Below the pieces are notes generated by a model that was given only the letters and a program-made list of their open reading frames with translations, was not told where the DNA came from and did no database searches. Position numbers and translations under genes: made by a program. Positions 36,820-45,058 of a stretch of DNA of 64,000 nt are shown here, one piece after another (positions within the stretch are counted from its first letter, which is position 1; every line of letters begins with the position of its first letter). The stretch is from an uncultured virus (IMG/VR IMGVR_UViG_3300025769_000084). Its lineage: Duplodnaviria; Heunggongvirae; Uroviricota; Caudoviricetes. The stretch lies in the IMG/VR virus record IMGVR_UViG_3300025769_000084; one strand, 5' to 3'.

Positions 36820-37107
36820 ATGACCCTCACAGATACCCAAGTACAAATCAGCAGCATATGCGACGACATTAAGGAGTTGCTTCTTTACAAAAACAAGAAG
36901 TATGGAAACTCTGCGCTCGAACCGATGCGTGTTTTCAGTAAATCAGATGATGTAGAACAAATTCTTGTTCGTATTGACGACAAACTGAACAGAATCAAGC
37001 ACGGTGCAGGCCTTCTCGCAGCTGACGAGGATGTAATTGTGGACTTGATTGGGTATTTGGTGCTGCTTAAAATAGCTTTAAAGCGCAAATCAAATGATGG
37101 AGTATGA
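36820..37107 (+). CDS. nucleotide-modification-associated (DUF1599/Nmad1-like) all-alpha protein
   Basis: KN.KYGNS...VRIDDKLNRI...ED...DLIGYLVL. Confidence 0.75.
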   Translation: MTLTDTQVQISSICDDIKELLLYKNKKYGNSALEPMRVFSKSDDVEQILVRIDDKLNRIKHGAGLLAADEDVIVDLIGYLVLLKIALKRKSNDGV

Positions 37108-37151
37108 AGAATTTATCGAATGTTACGATTACAACCTTCAGCTTTTAGACG

Positions 37152-37901
37152 CTATTGATCTTCTGAAACACTTCTCTCCTGAGGCTTTGGAGACCCTAAA
37201 CCAGTTGGATTTTGGGACCAAAGTCGATAAAAGCGACGAATCACATGACCAGTAGGATCCCATTCACTGAGTTTCTTTTCTAGATATTCGACTGCTTTTA
37301 CTTGATTGGGGGCGCCTGTGTAGGTATCTGGAAGGTTGAGAAGACAAACAGGGGTATGACACTTGTGTTTTGTAAAAGTCGGGATCTTCTTGTCAGCCGA
37401 CAAAAATAGATTTAACTCGGCACGTCTTCGATCACGCATGCCGTCTCCCCCCGAAAGCCAATATTTGTTGATGTATGGGCTCCACTCTTTGATTATTTCT
37501 GTCTTAGACGCATGGCTATTGATCAGTTCTAACAGTCGAGAGTTTTTAAAAGCAAGCAAACCGATGCTGTGAGCAAAGCTAAGAACTGCTCCTTTACGTG
37601 ATCTATTAAGAGGTGCATAAACATACTCTGAAACTTGACATGAAAAAATCTTAAGGTCCTCTATAAGCTGTGAGTCAACTTCCTCTTGTGTTGCTTTGTC
37701 ATACATACCGATGCGCCTGTTCCAAAGGCTAATACTGCCATAACCGATTCGGTAATCGGATTCACCATAATCTTTATATGAACCAAAAAGCCCCATACCT
37801 AAAGAGGTACGAGGCTTTGTATGTAGTTTGATTAGTTGAATTCCTGCTTCCGTAAGAAAAGGAAACTCTTTCCAAGTCCGCTGTTTCTTACGGGATCTCA
37901 A
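37152..37901 (-). CDS. GH24 lysozyme-fold protein lacking canonical catalytic residues
   Basis: GIQLIK...IGYG...A..SFA..IG...F..S.LL..IN...RRRAE..LF. Confidence 0.75.
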   Translation of the reverse strand: MRSRKKQRTWKEFPFLTEAGIQLIKLHTKPRTSLGMGLFGSYKDYGESDYRIGYGSISLWNRRIGMYDKATQEEVDSQLIEDLKIFSCQVSEYVYAPLNRSRKGAVLSFAHSIGLLAFKNSRLLELINSHASKTEIIKEWSPYINKYWLSGGDGMRDRRRAELNLFLSADKKIPTFTKHKCHTPVCLLNLPDTYTGAPNQVKAVEYLEKKLSEWDPTGHVIRRFYRLWSQNPTGLGSPKPQERSVSEDQ

Positions 37902-38271
37902 CTAAGATGTCGTAGCTGATCTCAGAATAGCCATCAAGAGTCAACTGCACAAGATAGTTTTTAGATGCATCGGTTACGTTTACAGCAATGGCACCGGCTC
38001 CTTTGCCAGCCGTCGCAACATTAAAAGATTTTTGATAGCCAGTTGGAGCTGATGCTGCGGTGTAGGAGTCATCCTGGAAAATCTCCATGCTGACAATACC
38101 CGTAGAACGCAACAGCTTGACGATGTGGTTCCCTGTGCCGGCAGGATTGATCTCAAAACTGCGGATGTTTAGACCACGGTCAATGCCGGCTCCAGGTCCT
38201 TTGTAAGTGATTTCAGAACCTGTATCCACGTTGAAGGTATCAAGCGTACCGTGAATAATGCGATCAGCCAT
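37888..38271 (-). CDS. beta-rich hypothetical protein
   Basis: 127-aa ORF. Confidence 0.65.
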   Translation of the reverse strand: MADRIIHGTLDTFNVDTGSEITYKGPGAGIDRGLNIRSFEINPAGTGNHIVKLLRSTGIVSMEIFQDDSYTAASAPTGYQKSFNVATAGKGAGAIAVNVTDASKNYLVQLTLDGYSEISYDILVEIP

Positions 38272-38276
38272 GGTAT

Positions 38277-38492
38277 TTAGGAGATTTGTCCAATAGTGGA
38301 GAAGTTGAATTTGATATCGGCATCAATGCCGTGATCCTTGAGAACGCTTAAGAACATCTGTTTGTCGACAGCTTTTTGGTGGAGCATCTCGATAAATGCT
38401 TCTTCGAGCTCGTCACGATCCATTCCTTGAATGGCAATTGATGCTGCGTGGATCTGAAATTCCACGTCCACGGGAAGCTCTAATGCATCCAT
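38277..38492 (-). CDS. NblA-like phycobilisome degradation adaptor, copy 2
   Basis: LELPVDVEFQI...IQGMDRDEL...MLHQ...F..VLK fits NblA spacing. Confidence 0.55.
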   Translation of the reverse strand: MDALELPVDVEFQIHAASIAIQGMDRDELEEAFIEMLHQKAVDKQMFLSVLKDHGIDADIKFNFSTIGQIS

Positions 38493-38543
38493 GGTAATTC
38501 TCAATCTTAAAGGTATCCTAACAGCGCTTAATTAACTTGGCCA

Positions 38544-38687
38544 TTAAGCATCCTCGTCGCTGTAATTTCCAGCTGGCAGTCGCATGCGGGGTTGACCAGT
38601 CTCAGGATCGATTATTTTATCGTCCAGGACGTCTTTGTTTTGTTCTACGAATTCGGCGAGAAACTGCGTGGCTGGATCCGTTCTCAT
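38544..38687 (-). CDS. small protein with FLxxF motif (not in ORF track)
   Basis: 47 aa MRTDPATQFLAEFVEQNK... Confidence 0.5.
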   Translation of the reverse strand: MRTDPATQFLAEFVEQNKDVLDDKIIDPETGQPRMRLPAGNYSDEDA

Positions 38688-38827
38688 GACTAAATCTGTT
38701 GTGGCGCAATGTGAAATTGCCTATACCGAACGCCGCTCCATATAGTAAAGCAAACGTTAAGGCACAGAGTTCCACGTTACAGCAATGTTCTATTCATTTA
38801 TTGTACGTGCAGTGTTCCGATGTGTAG

Positions 38828-39619
38828 ATGGACGACACTCTTTTAGAGCTTTTTATCAGGGGCGCTGTAGGTGGCGTCAGTAAAACACAGTTGCTTAGAA
38901 GCTTTAGGGAAGACCATGATTGCTCAGAAGAGGATCTTGACTTCTTAGTTAAATCAGCCTTTTTCAAAGAGAAGCCGAAAAACATTGATCATAAAAAAAT
39001 CTATGAGCGTCCCCTGAAAGACAGAGCAAACCGTATTTGGTTTCCGTTCACTCAACTGTATTTTAAAGATAATTTTTTGTCAGAAGATGAGTGTCAAGAG
39101 CTTATTGATTTTATCGAACAGGGTTTAAGACCGTCAACTGTCGCAAATGAAACTGACGATGGCGAAGTATCCGACTACAGGACTAGCTCGACGACAGATC
39201 TCGACCCCTTTGCAAACGAACTCTCCCTTCGTTTAGATCAAAAAATTACCGCTTTTATGGATCTTGATCCTTTTGTTGGCGAGACGCTTCAAGCACAAAA
39301 ATATTTACCCTCTCAGTACTACAAAGAACATGTCGATTTCTTTTTTCCTTTCACAGAAGAACATAAAGTCTACTGCGAGTGGATGGGGCAGCGTACATGG
39401 ACAGTGATGATTTATCTAAACGACGTCGAGTCAGGTGGTGAAACCTATTTCAAGTATCTCAACAAATACTTTAAACCAAAACAAGGAACGCTCTTGTGTT
39501 GGAACAATCTATATAAAAACGGAATTCCTAACTATAAAACAATGCATGAAGCACTACCACCTGTCTCAGGAAACAAATATGTGATCACAAAGTGGTTTAG
39601 GAGTTGGCCTTTGATTTAA
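38828..39619 (+). CDS. prolyl 4-hydroxylase-like 2OG-Fe(II) oxygenase
   Basis: RTS, Y.EHVD, RTWTVMIYLNDV..GGET.F, HEALPP..G.KYVITKW. Confidence 0.9.
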   Translation: MDDTLLELFIRGAVGGVSKTQLLRSFREDHDCSEEDLDFLVKSAFFKEKPKNIDHKKIYERPLKDRANRIWFPFTQLYFKDNFLSEDECQELIDFIEQGLRPSTVANETDDGEVSDYRTSSTTDLDPFANELSLRLDQKITAFMDLDPFVGETLQAQKYLPSQYYKEHVDFFFPFTEEHKVYCEWMGQRTWTVMIYLNDVESGGETYFKYLNKYFKPKQGTLLCWNNLYKNGIPNYKTMHEALPPVSGNKYVITKWFRSWPLI

Positions 39620-39753
39620 TTTCTTTTGCGTTTTTCTTTCATGGCCAACGCGATAGCCAGCGCCTGCTTGCGACTGGTTACTTTCTTGCCGCTACTCGAT
39701 TTGAGTTTGCCTGCTTTAAATTCCGACATTACCTTTTCGACTTTATCTTTCAT
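39616..39753 (-). CDS. small basic DUF6496-like protein (not in ORF track)
   Basis: 45 aa KVEKVMSEFKAGKLKSSSGKKVTSRKQALAIAL. Confidence 0.75.
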   Translation of the reverse strand: MKDKVEKVMSEFKAGKLKSSSGKKVTSRKQALAIALAMKEKRKRN

Positions 39754-39758
39754 TTAAA

Positions 39759-40046
39759 TCACCATTTAACTTTGTGGCTCCAGTAACGAGCCGACATTTT
39801 ATCGGGCTTTGCGTCTTGTGCGTTGTGACGTGCATAATACGAAGCCTTACGTGCCTTTTCTTTTGCGGTTTTAGGGTTTTTGCCAGCACCCTTTACGCCT
39901 TGTTGGCCGAACCGAATAATCTTTTCTTCACCATCCTTACAGGCTTTGACCACGTGAGACTTTGTCTTATGGTCAGGCGTGCGCTTTGGTTTGTTGCACT
40001 TCATGCGCTCTTTCGCCAAGCGCTTGGCCTTTGCACGGTCAGCCAT
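39759..40046 (-). CDS. small basic phage protein
   Basis: KSHVV...IRFGQQG...ARH...SARYWS.K.KW. Confidence 0.75.
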   Translation of the reverse strand: MADRAKAKRLAKERMKCNKPKRTPDHKTKSHVVKACKDGEEKIIRFGQQGVKGAGKNPKTAKEKARKASYYARHNAQDAKPDKMSARYWSHKVKW

Positions 40047-40047
40047 C

Positions 40048-40215
40048 TCAGACCTTCAAAACGCCTCGATCGACTTTACCGATGATGTCATTGCGGACCT
40101 CACCCTTCATGGCAGTATCTCCTGATCCTGGAATACGCTCCTTTTTAAGTCCTTCCAGGAAGCCTGAAAGGAACTCTTCTGAACTAGGCCGCGATCCAGC
40201 TGATGAAGAAGTCAT
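40048..40215 (-). CDS. small protein with FLxxF motif (not in ORF track)
   Basis: 55 aa MTSSSAGSRPSSEEFLSGFLEGLKK...; stop ends 1 nt before the next ATG. Confidence 0.55.
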   Translation of the reverse strand: MTSSSAGSRPSSEEFLSGFLEGLKKERIPGSGDTAMKGEVRNDIIGKVDRGVLKV

Positions 40216-40594
40216 TGTCTATGTATGGCTGAGCACAATCAGCACTAGGAAGCTTGATAGAATTTGGCTTTTGTTCGAGCCACATGATAATTTTATCAAA
40301 CCTTTCTTTTGTGTAGTGCATATTGGTTTCAGTGTACCAATTTTCTACTAAACTTGAACCTTTCGATCGATTGCAATTACTGCAACAGCAAGCCATATTC
40401 GACCTGACGTTATGACCACCTTTGTGTTTTGGGAGAATATGATCGATAGTTGCGGTGTCTGGTGTTAACTTTTTACCGCAGTAAGCGCATTCCCAATTCC
40501 AAGATTCAAATATATAATTTCTGAATTTTTTTCGAGCGTCCTTAGGACTAAGAACGATGAGGTTGACTAATAAATCTTGCTCGCAATGAAACAC
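40184..40594 (-). CDS. HNH endonuclease (McrA-like)
   Basis: CAYCG...TIDHILPK.KGG...N...CC..CN..K. Confidence 0.9.
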   Translation of the reverse strand: MFHCEQDLLVNLIVLSPKDARKKFRNYIFESWNWECAYCGKKLTPDTATIDHILPKHKGGHNVRSNMACCCSNCNRSKGSSLVENWYTETNMHYTKERFDKIIMWLEQKPNSIKLPSADCAQPYIDNDFFISWIAA

Positions 40595-40662
40595 TTTTGG
40601 TATTCCAGCCTTGTCAAAACTCTAGGCTGCACACACTTGTATTTTTGCTAAGCTCGGCTCGA

Positions 40663-40745
40663 GGGAGCATGGCGGAATAGGTAGACGCACCAGACTTAAA
40701 ATCTGTTGGCCATTGGCTGTGAGGGTTCAAGTCCCTCTGCTCCCA
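40663..40745 (+). tRNA. trnL: tRNA-Leu(UAA), intronless, CCA not encoded
   Basis: GGGAGCA/TGCTCCC acceptor stem, D-arm GGCGGAATAGGTAGACGC, CAGA-CTTAAAA-TCTG anticodon arm, long variable arm, GGTTCAAGTCC T-arm. Confidence 0.95.
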
Positions 40746-40973
40746 TCAATCTGTCAGACCAATTCTCTCATGGTCTTCAGAGGCAGGATCGAAGTCAGAT
40801 TCTTCTAATAATTTAAGAATGTAAAACCGTAGGCGTTCCGAAACCCATTTCAAATCTTCATCCGAGATGTCCTGAATAATCGCATCAAGCCTTAAGTCTC
40901 TGGGAGGTGGATATAGATATTCGGATATCAGGCACAATGCTTTATGTCTGCCTGAATTCAACTCATTCAACAT
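40746..40973 (-). CDS. hypothetical protein
   Basis: 75-aa ORF converging on the tRNA. Confidence 0.55.
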   Translation of the reverse strand: MLNELNSGRHKALCLISEYLYPPPRDLRLDAIIQDISDEDLKWVSERLRFYILKLLEESDFDPASEDHERIGLTD

Positions 40974-40974
40974 G

Positions 40975-41184
40975 TCAAATACCCGCTACATCGACTGTGT
41001 TGTCGCTACTCAGAGCTGCTTGCTCACGTTGTTCAATAATTTCAACGCACTCCAAAGCGCCTGTCACTTTGAGATAGAGTTCCTTGTCCCGCATCAAAGA
41101 CTCCTCAGCAGCCCTAATTCTTTCAGTCAACTCTTGCTGCTGAGCACGGAGTTGCTGCTCAGTGTCTGTCAGGATTTCGTTCAT
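40975..41184 (-). CDS. coiled-coil protein
   Basis: from MNEILT; KV.GALE motif. Confidence 0.6.
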   Translation of the reverse strand: MNEILTDTEQQLRAQQQELTERIRAAEESLMRDKELYLKVTGALECVEIIEQREQAALSSDNTVDVAGI

Positions 41185-41213
41185 TGGCTTTACTGATTCG
41201 AAATAACTATAGC

Positions 41214-42008
41214 TTAATTTTCTCTGAAGTTCAGCCATCCAACGCCGCTACTATCACCTCCTCTAAAGAACCTGTCTTGGCTCTCTGCTCTGTCGTAAAG
41301 GACTTCTTTGCCCGCTTCGAGCACTGTTGTGTGCCAAAGCCCATTGACTATGTCCAGCTGCCCGCAGGGGTCATGACACAGCCAATGAGTTGGACTGTAT
41401 CCATAAATTGTAATCAAATAGTTAAATCCGAAAGGGTTTCGTTGCGACCCTTTGTAAGGAACTTGAAAAGCTACAGGACAACCATCGTCGATAGAGTCTT
41501 GTATTTCGAAAGGGCCAATACTGCTGCAAAAATACGCAGAAATACCATTTGCCGCAAAAGTTGCACGATGGTGTGCCCTATAGGTACCATCTCCCTGTTT
41601 TAATAACAGCTCTAAATAATCCTCATACGTTTCTATACTCCTAATGCCTAAGGCACTCAAACACATTGCCATCGTGGCTATCTGTGATTTTCTTACATTG
41701 TCCTTATCGAATTCAGTGCAAGGAAAGTACGGAACACCAGGGATGTATCTCAGGTCACCTTCTACCACGTAAGCTGTTTCTTTCGGCTCATCTTCAGGGC
41801 AATACCAATCCTCATTTCTTATCCACCAAATTCCAAATCCTGTATCTATTTTCGAAAATCCATCAAGCTCATCTAGCAGCATGCAATTGAGACACCGCCA
41901 AGATTTGCGTATCTGTGCGCGTCCTTCAGCCTCTTGTGGCTTTGCGTATAAATTTGTGGCTTTTAAAGACTGTAGCTCGAGTGAGCGACCTACTTTCTTA
42001 AATTTCAC
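41214..42008 (-). CDS. C39-like peptidase fold lacking the Cys/His dyad
   Basis: VPYF...AM.L..LG...IDDG.PV...I.GY...HDP.G; S and Y at the expected C and H positions. Confidence 0.7.
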   Translation of the reverse strand: MKFKKVGRSLELQSLKATNLYAKPQEAEGRAQIRKSWRCLNCMLLDELDGFSKIDTGFGIWWIRNEDWYCPEDEPKETAYVVEGDLRYIPGVPYFPCTEFDKDNVRKSQIATMAMCLSALGIRSIETYEDYLELLLKQGDGTYRAHHRATFAANGISAYFCSSIGPFEIQDSIDDGCPVAFQVPYKGSQRNPFGFNYLITIYGYSPTHWLCHDPCGQLDIVNGLWHTTVLEAGKEVLYDRAESQDRFFRGGDSSGVGWLNFREN

Positions 42009-42259
42009 TTGAGGCTAGGAGGCTTGTCCTTCGGCTCAACTATAGGTGGTTTTTTCTCAGATTTCTTGCCATCTTCTTTACGACTGATGCCGTACACAGC
42101 TAAAACTGATGTGACCAAAGACGATATAAATGCAGCGTCTATCTTGATATGTCCCATGTAGCTAGCCGTTAGCATCGCTAATGCCCAAGACAAAACACCC
42201 GCTGGGACAAGCGTAGCGAGTAGATCTCTTAAAGAAAATTGTGAGTCTTCGTCTTTCAT
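42005..42259 (-). CDS. two-TM membrane protein (holin-like)
   Basis: two hydrophobic helices and a basic tail. Confidence 0.6.
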   Translation of the reverse strand: MKDEDSQFSLRDLLATLVPAGVLSWALAMLTASYMGHIKIDAAFISSLVTSVLAVYGISRKEDGKKSEKKPPIVEPKDKPPSLK

Positions 42260-42318
42260 GTGTACATTTTACGCTGAATGTGCTTCTACTAAGATCGATA
42301 TACGAACGAGGATTTGTT

Positions 42319-42801
42319 ATGTGGCGGTTGCTTGTCATTATCGCTTTTGCGGGAGCACCTGCTTACGCTGATATCACACACAAATTGCAGAGCTCAGTGC
42401 AGCTGACTGTTGACGCTGCTGCTACAAACGCGACGAGGCTGGGATCCTCTTTCGCTATCAGCGGCAATGGAGTCGATACGACAGATGGCACGACTGCTAA
42501 TACAATTTCTGCCGGCACAATCACCTCAGGTGTTTATGCACCTGGCACAATCTCTGCGACACAGGACAATCCTGGGAGTTCTTTTTCTTTCAGTCAGTCC
42601 TACACCGCAGGTGATGCTGTCCCACAGGCAGCACCGACAGTCGGTGCTGTGCCTAACTTCTCAAGTGTGATTAGTACCACCGCAGGAACAGCTGGCGACC
42701 TGGCAGGCACAATTACATCTGCTGGGGCAGTGACGGTGACAGCGGGTGGGGCAGGCACGACAGCCACGGGACAACACGTCAGCGAAATTACAGTCCGATA
42801 G
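42319..42801 (+). CDS. exported Gly/Thr/Ala-rich protein
   Basis: signal peptide MWRLLVIIAFAGAPAYA then DITHKLQSSVQL; GAGG RBS. Confidence 0.8.
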   Translation: MWRLLVIIAFAGAPAYADITHKLQSSVQLTVDAAATNATRLGSSFAISGNGVDTTDGTTANTISAGTITSGVYAPGTISATQDNPGSSFSFSQSYTAGDAVPQAAPTVGAVPNFSSVISTTAGTAGDLAGTITSAGAVTVTAGGAGTTATGQHVSEITVR

Positions 42802-43257
42802 ATGGACCGCTTACATGAAGGCATTGCTCTGGGATTCATCCTGGGAATCCTTCATGGGTTGATGCAACCTGGATATTCAGTTCCGGTAGTCCCGAACTTT
42901 ACTCAGGGAAGTTTGACTCAAAAAACAGAAACGACTTCTGTCGTTACTGAGGTCATAAATTCAATGGATTACAACACAGGCTACCAATATTCCGTTACTG
43001 GCACTAATATACAGAACACAGGCAACAGTATTGCTCCCTCCACCACTTCAGGCAATAGCAATACTATTAATGGCGTCACCAGCACATGGACCACACTCGA
43101 TGCTGCCAACAAGCCAAGCTGGTCGATCGTCGACAATACCAAAGGATTTCAGTTCACGGAAACTCTGCAAGCTCCGGGGCTGTCAAACCATACGATTATA
43201 AACAGGACCACCGAGATAAGAAGCGTTACGGAAAGTACCTCCATCTTCTCACAGTAG
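42802..43257 (+). CDS. exported Thr/Ser-rich protein
   Basis: hydrophobic leader, VPVVPNFTQGS...TSIFSQ. Confidence 0.8.
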   Translation: MDRLHEGIALGFILGILHGLMQPGYSVPVVPNFTQGSLTQKTETTSVVTEVINSMDYNTGYQYSVTGTNIQNTGNSIAPSTTSGNSNTINGVTSTWTTLDAANKPSWSIVDNTKGFQFTETLQAPGLSNHTIINRTTEIRSVTESTSIFSQ

Positions 43258-44087
43258 GTGTACTTTCTTTATTTGCTAATCCTTCGTTGGCTGGTGATGT
43301 CGGTGGCGTTAGTGCTACTGCTAACCCTATTGCAAATAGCAGTGGGAGTGTAACAAATCAAGCTATACAGGTTTTACAAGGTCCTTATATAACTAATACA
43401 TATGGTGCAGGTATTCAGTGTCAAGGCCCTACGCTCAATGTCACACCATTTATGACAAGAACTGGATCATATCAGCAACCGTTTGAAGATTACTATAACG
43501 ATCCTGTGTATGACACAAGCGACCTAAACAACGATGGAGTTTTAGATAATCCTGGGAAAATTTTATACTACAAACCAATTAGAACTGGTCAAAAAAATAA
43601 CTTTAGTTGGAATGGAGGTTTGTCAGCTACCTTATCAATACCGCTTGACCAAGGACTACAGAGAAGATGTAAGCAAGCAGCCGATGCTCAAATAGCAATT
43701 CAGGAACAACTATTGGCAAACCGGAGGCTTGACTTTGAAATTGCGAGGCTAAAAAATTGTGGGGAATTAGCAAAGGCAGGTATCACTTTTCGCCCAGGCT
43801 CTGATTTCGCACGGATCTGTGCGGACATTGTGGTCAAAATACCTAATGAAAGTGTCGCGCCACACGTGCATCCTATTTCTGTAGGGACCTTCTCAGCTGG
43901 AGAAGCGCCCGGTTCCGATCACGCTGGGCAAGAACACGCTCACGTACCGACTCAACCTTCGTCTTCTTCCCAAATACGCCAAACAGTTTCTTCTGCGCCT
44001 TCTTCACAGCAGGTTTCACCAGCTTTAGAAGCAAGTCGGCAAGCGGCTTTGCTAGGAGGGCCGCTGAGGTCGCAACAACAGCAATAG
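43086..44087 (+). CDS. exported protein with a TolC/OEP-like beta-hairpin and helix; start uncertain
   Basis: internal signal-like segment, PTLNVT...WNGGLSATLSIPLD, four Cys in the core. Confidence 0.7.
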   Translation: MDHTRCCQQAKLVDRRQYQRISVHGNSASSGAVKPYDYKQDHRDKKRYGKYLHLLTVGVLSLFANPSLAGDVGGVSATANPIANSSGSVTNQAIQVLQGPYITNTYGAGIQCQGPTLNVTPFMTRTGSYQQPFEDYYNDPVYDTSDLNNDGVLDNPGKILYYKPIRTGQKNNFSWNGGLSATLSIPLDQGLQRRCKQAADAQIAIQEQLLANRRLDFEIARLKNCGELAKAGITFRPGSDFARICADIVVKIPNESVAPHVHPISVGTFSAGEAPGSDHAGQEHAHVPTQPSSSSQIRQTVSSAPSSQQVSPALEASRQAALLGGPLRSQQQQ

Positions 44088-44598
44088 AAGCTGTAGTGGT
44101 GACTTGCTGAGGACTCGGCAGAAAGTCTGTCAACGTGGCCTTTGCCTTGACTGGTTGCGTAGGCACGGGTTCAGGTTCGGTCTCCTTAGGTGTGGGCGGC
44201 GTTTCCTCGTTTTGTTCAGCGCTGGGTGGGTTTACTCGAGGCAGATCAGAAGGTATCTCAGGCGTTGCAGGGAGTTCTGGAGCTTCTGATTTATAGGTGG
44301 GAGGTGGTGTTTCAGTCGTATAAACCAAGTCCTCTGGTGTGTAATCAAGTGGTGTGAAGCTAGGTGCATTCGCATCACAATATGTTTTCACGCCTCTCGG
44401 ATCATCCTCTGCAATTGTTTTTGATTTATTTGATAGCGGATGACTTGTGACACACCCGGGTAGAAGCACGACAGGCGTACCGATGTTGACAGTTACTGGT
44501 ACATCAATCGCGTTTACAACAGGAGGTTGTATCAGCCAGCTGTGGATTTTTACAGGCTGAATACCACTAATACCTATGTTAGGTATATCAGGCATCAC
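43873..44598 (-). CDS. Pro-rich membrane-anchored protein
   Basis: PGCV...CD Cys pair, Pro/Glu linker, C-terminal TM and basic tail. Confidence 0.75.
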   Translation of the reverse strand: MMPDIPNIGISGIQPVKIHSWLIQPPVVNAIDVPVTVNIGTPVVLLPGCVTSHPLSNKSKTIAEDDPRGVKTYCDANAPSFTPLDYTPEDLVYTTETPPPTYKSEAPELPATPEIPSDLPRVNPPSAEQNEETPPTPKETEPEPVPTQPVKAKATLTDFLPSPQQVTTTASIAVVATSAALLAKPLADLLLKLVKPAVKKAQKKLFGVFGKKTKVESVRERVLAQRDRNRALLQLRRSLQK

Positions 44599-44888
44599 CC
44601 CATCGGGATAGCGGGTCCAGTCTGCTTAGGTAATGCATCAAGCTGTCCTTGATGTTGGCGTTGCATTTCAGGCTGAACTTTATCGGTAAACATTGAATCC
44701 ATATTTCCGGTAAGGGCTTCGGTCTGTTTGCCAAGTTGATTTGTCAGCTGACCACTGATGCTTTTGATCAAAGCTTCTTTCTGTTGCTCGATAATCTTAT
44801 CCTTGTTCAGGTAAAGATAACCAATCAGTAAGTTTGGCGCCAAAGCAAGAATAGCTGTGACTGTAACTAAAATTTTAAGGATCATCAC
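44595..44888 (-). CDS. membrane-anchored protein
   Basis: N-terminal TM, YLYLNKDKII...LPKQTGP. Confidence 0.7.
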   Translation of the reverse strand: MMILKILVTVTAILALAPNLLIGYLYLNKDKIIEQQKEALIKSISGQLTNQLGKQTEALTGNMDSMFTDKVQPEMQRQHQGQLDALPKQTGPAIPMG

Positions 44889-45058
44889 TCAACGGGATCT
44901 GGCGTGTTGCCTTCAGCGACCCACTCAAGATACTCTTGATAAGCCCTAACTGACTCATCCATTCGGATAAACGTATTATCCGCAATTCGGAGAATAATTT
45001 CCGAAGGCGTGGTAGTTCCGTCAGGATTAACGGTGCCTGGAAGAAGCTTGTAAGTCAT
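44885..45058 (-). CDS. small tail-fibre-associated protein (not in ORF track)
   Basis: 57 aa ending YQEYLEWVAEGNTPDPVE, paralogous to the N-half of 50848..51219. Confidence 0.7.
   Translation of the reverse strand: MTYKLLPGTVNPDGTTTPSEIILRIADNTFIRMDESVRAYQEYLEWVAEGNTPDPVE

Noticed and set aside
36820..37107. 2-aminoadenine (dZ) or 7-deazaguanine pathway
   Set aside because: No purZ, datZ, dpdA or que genes recognisable in the window
40663..40745. tRNA as an attP site or a group I intron host
   Set aside because: No integrase or duplicated tRNA end in the window; the anticodon loop is uninterrupted
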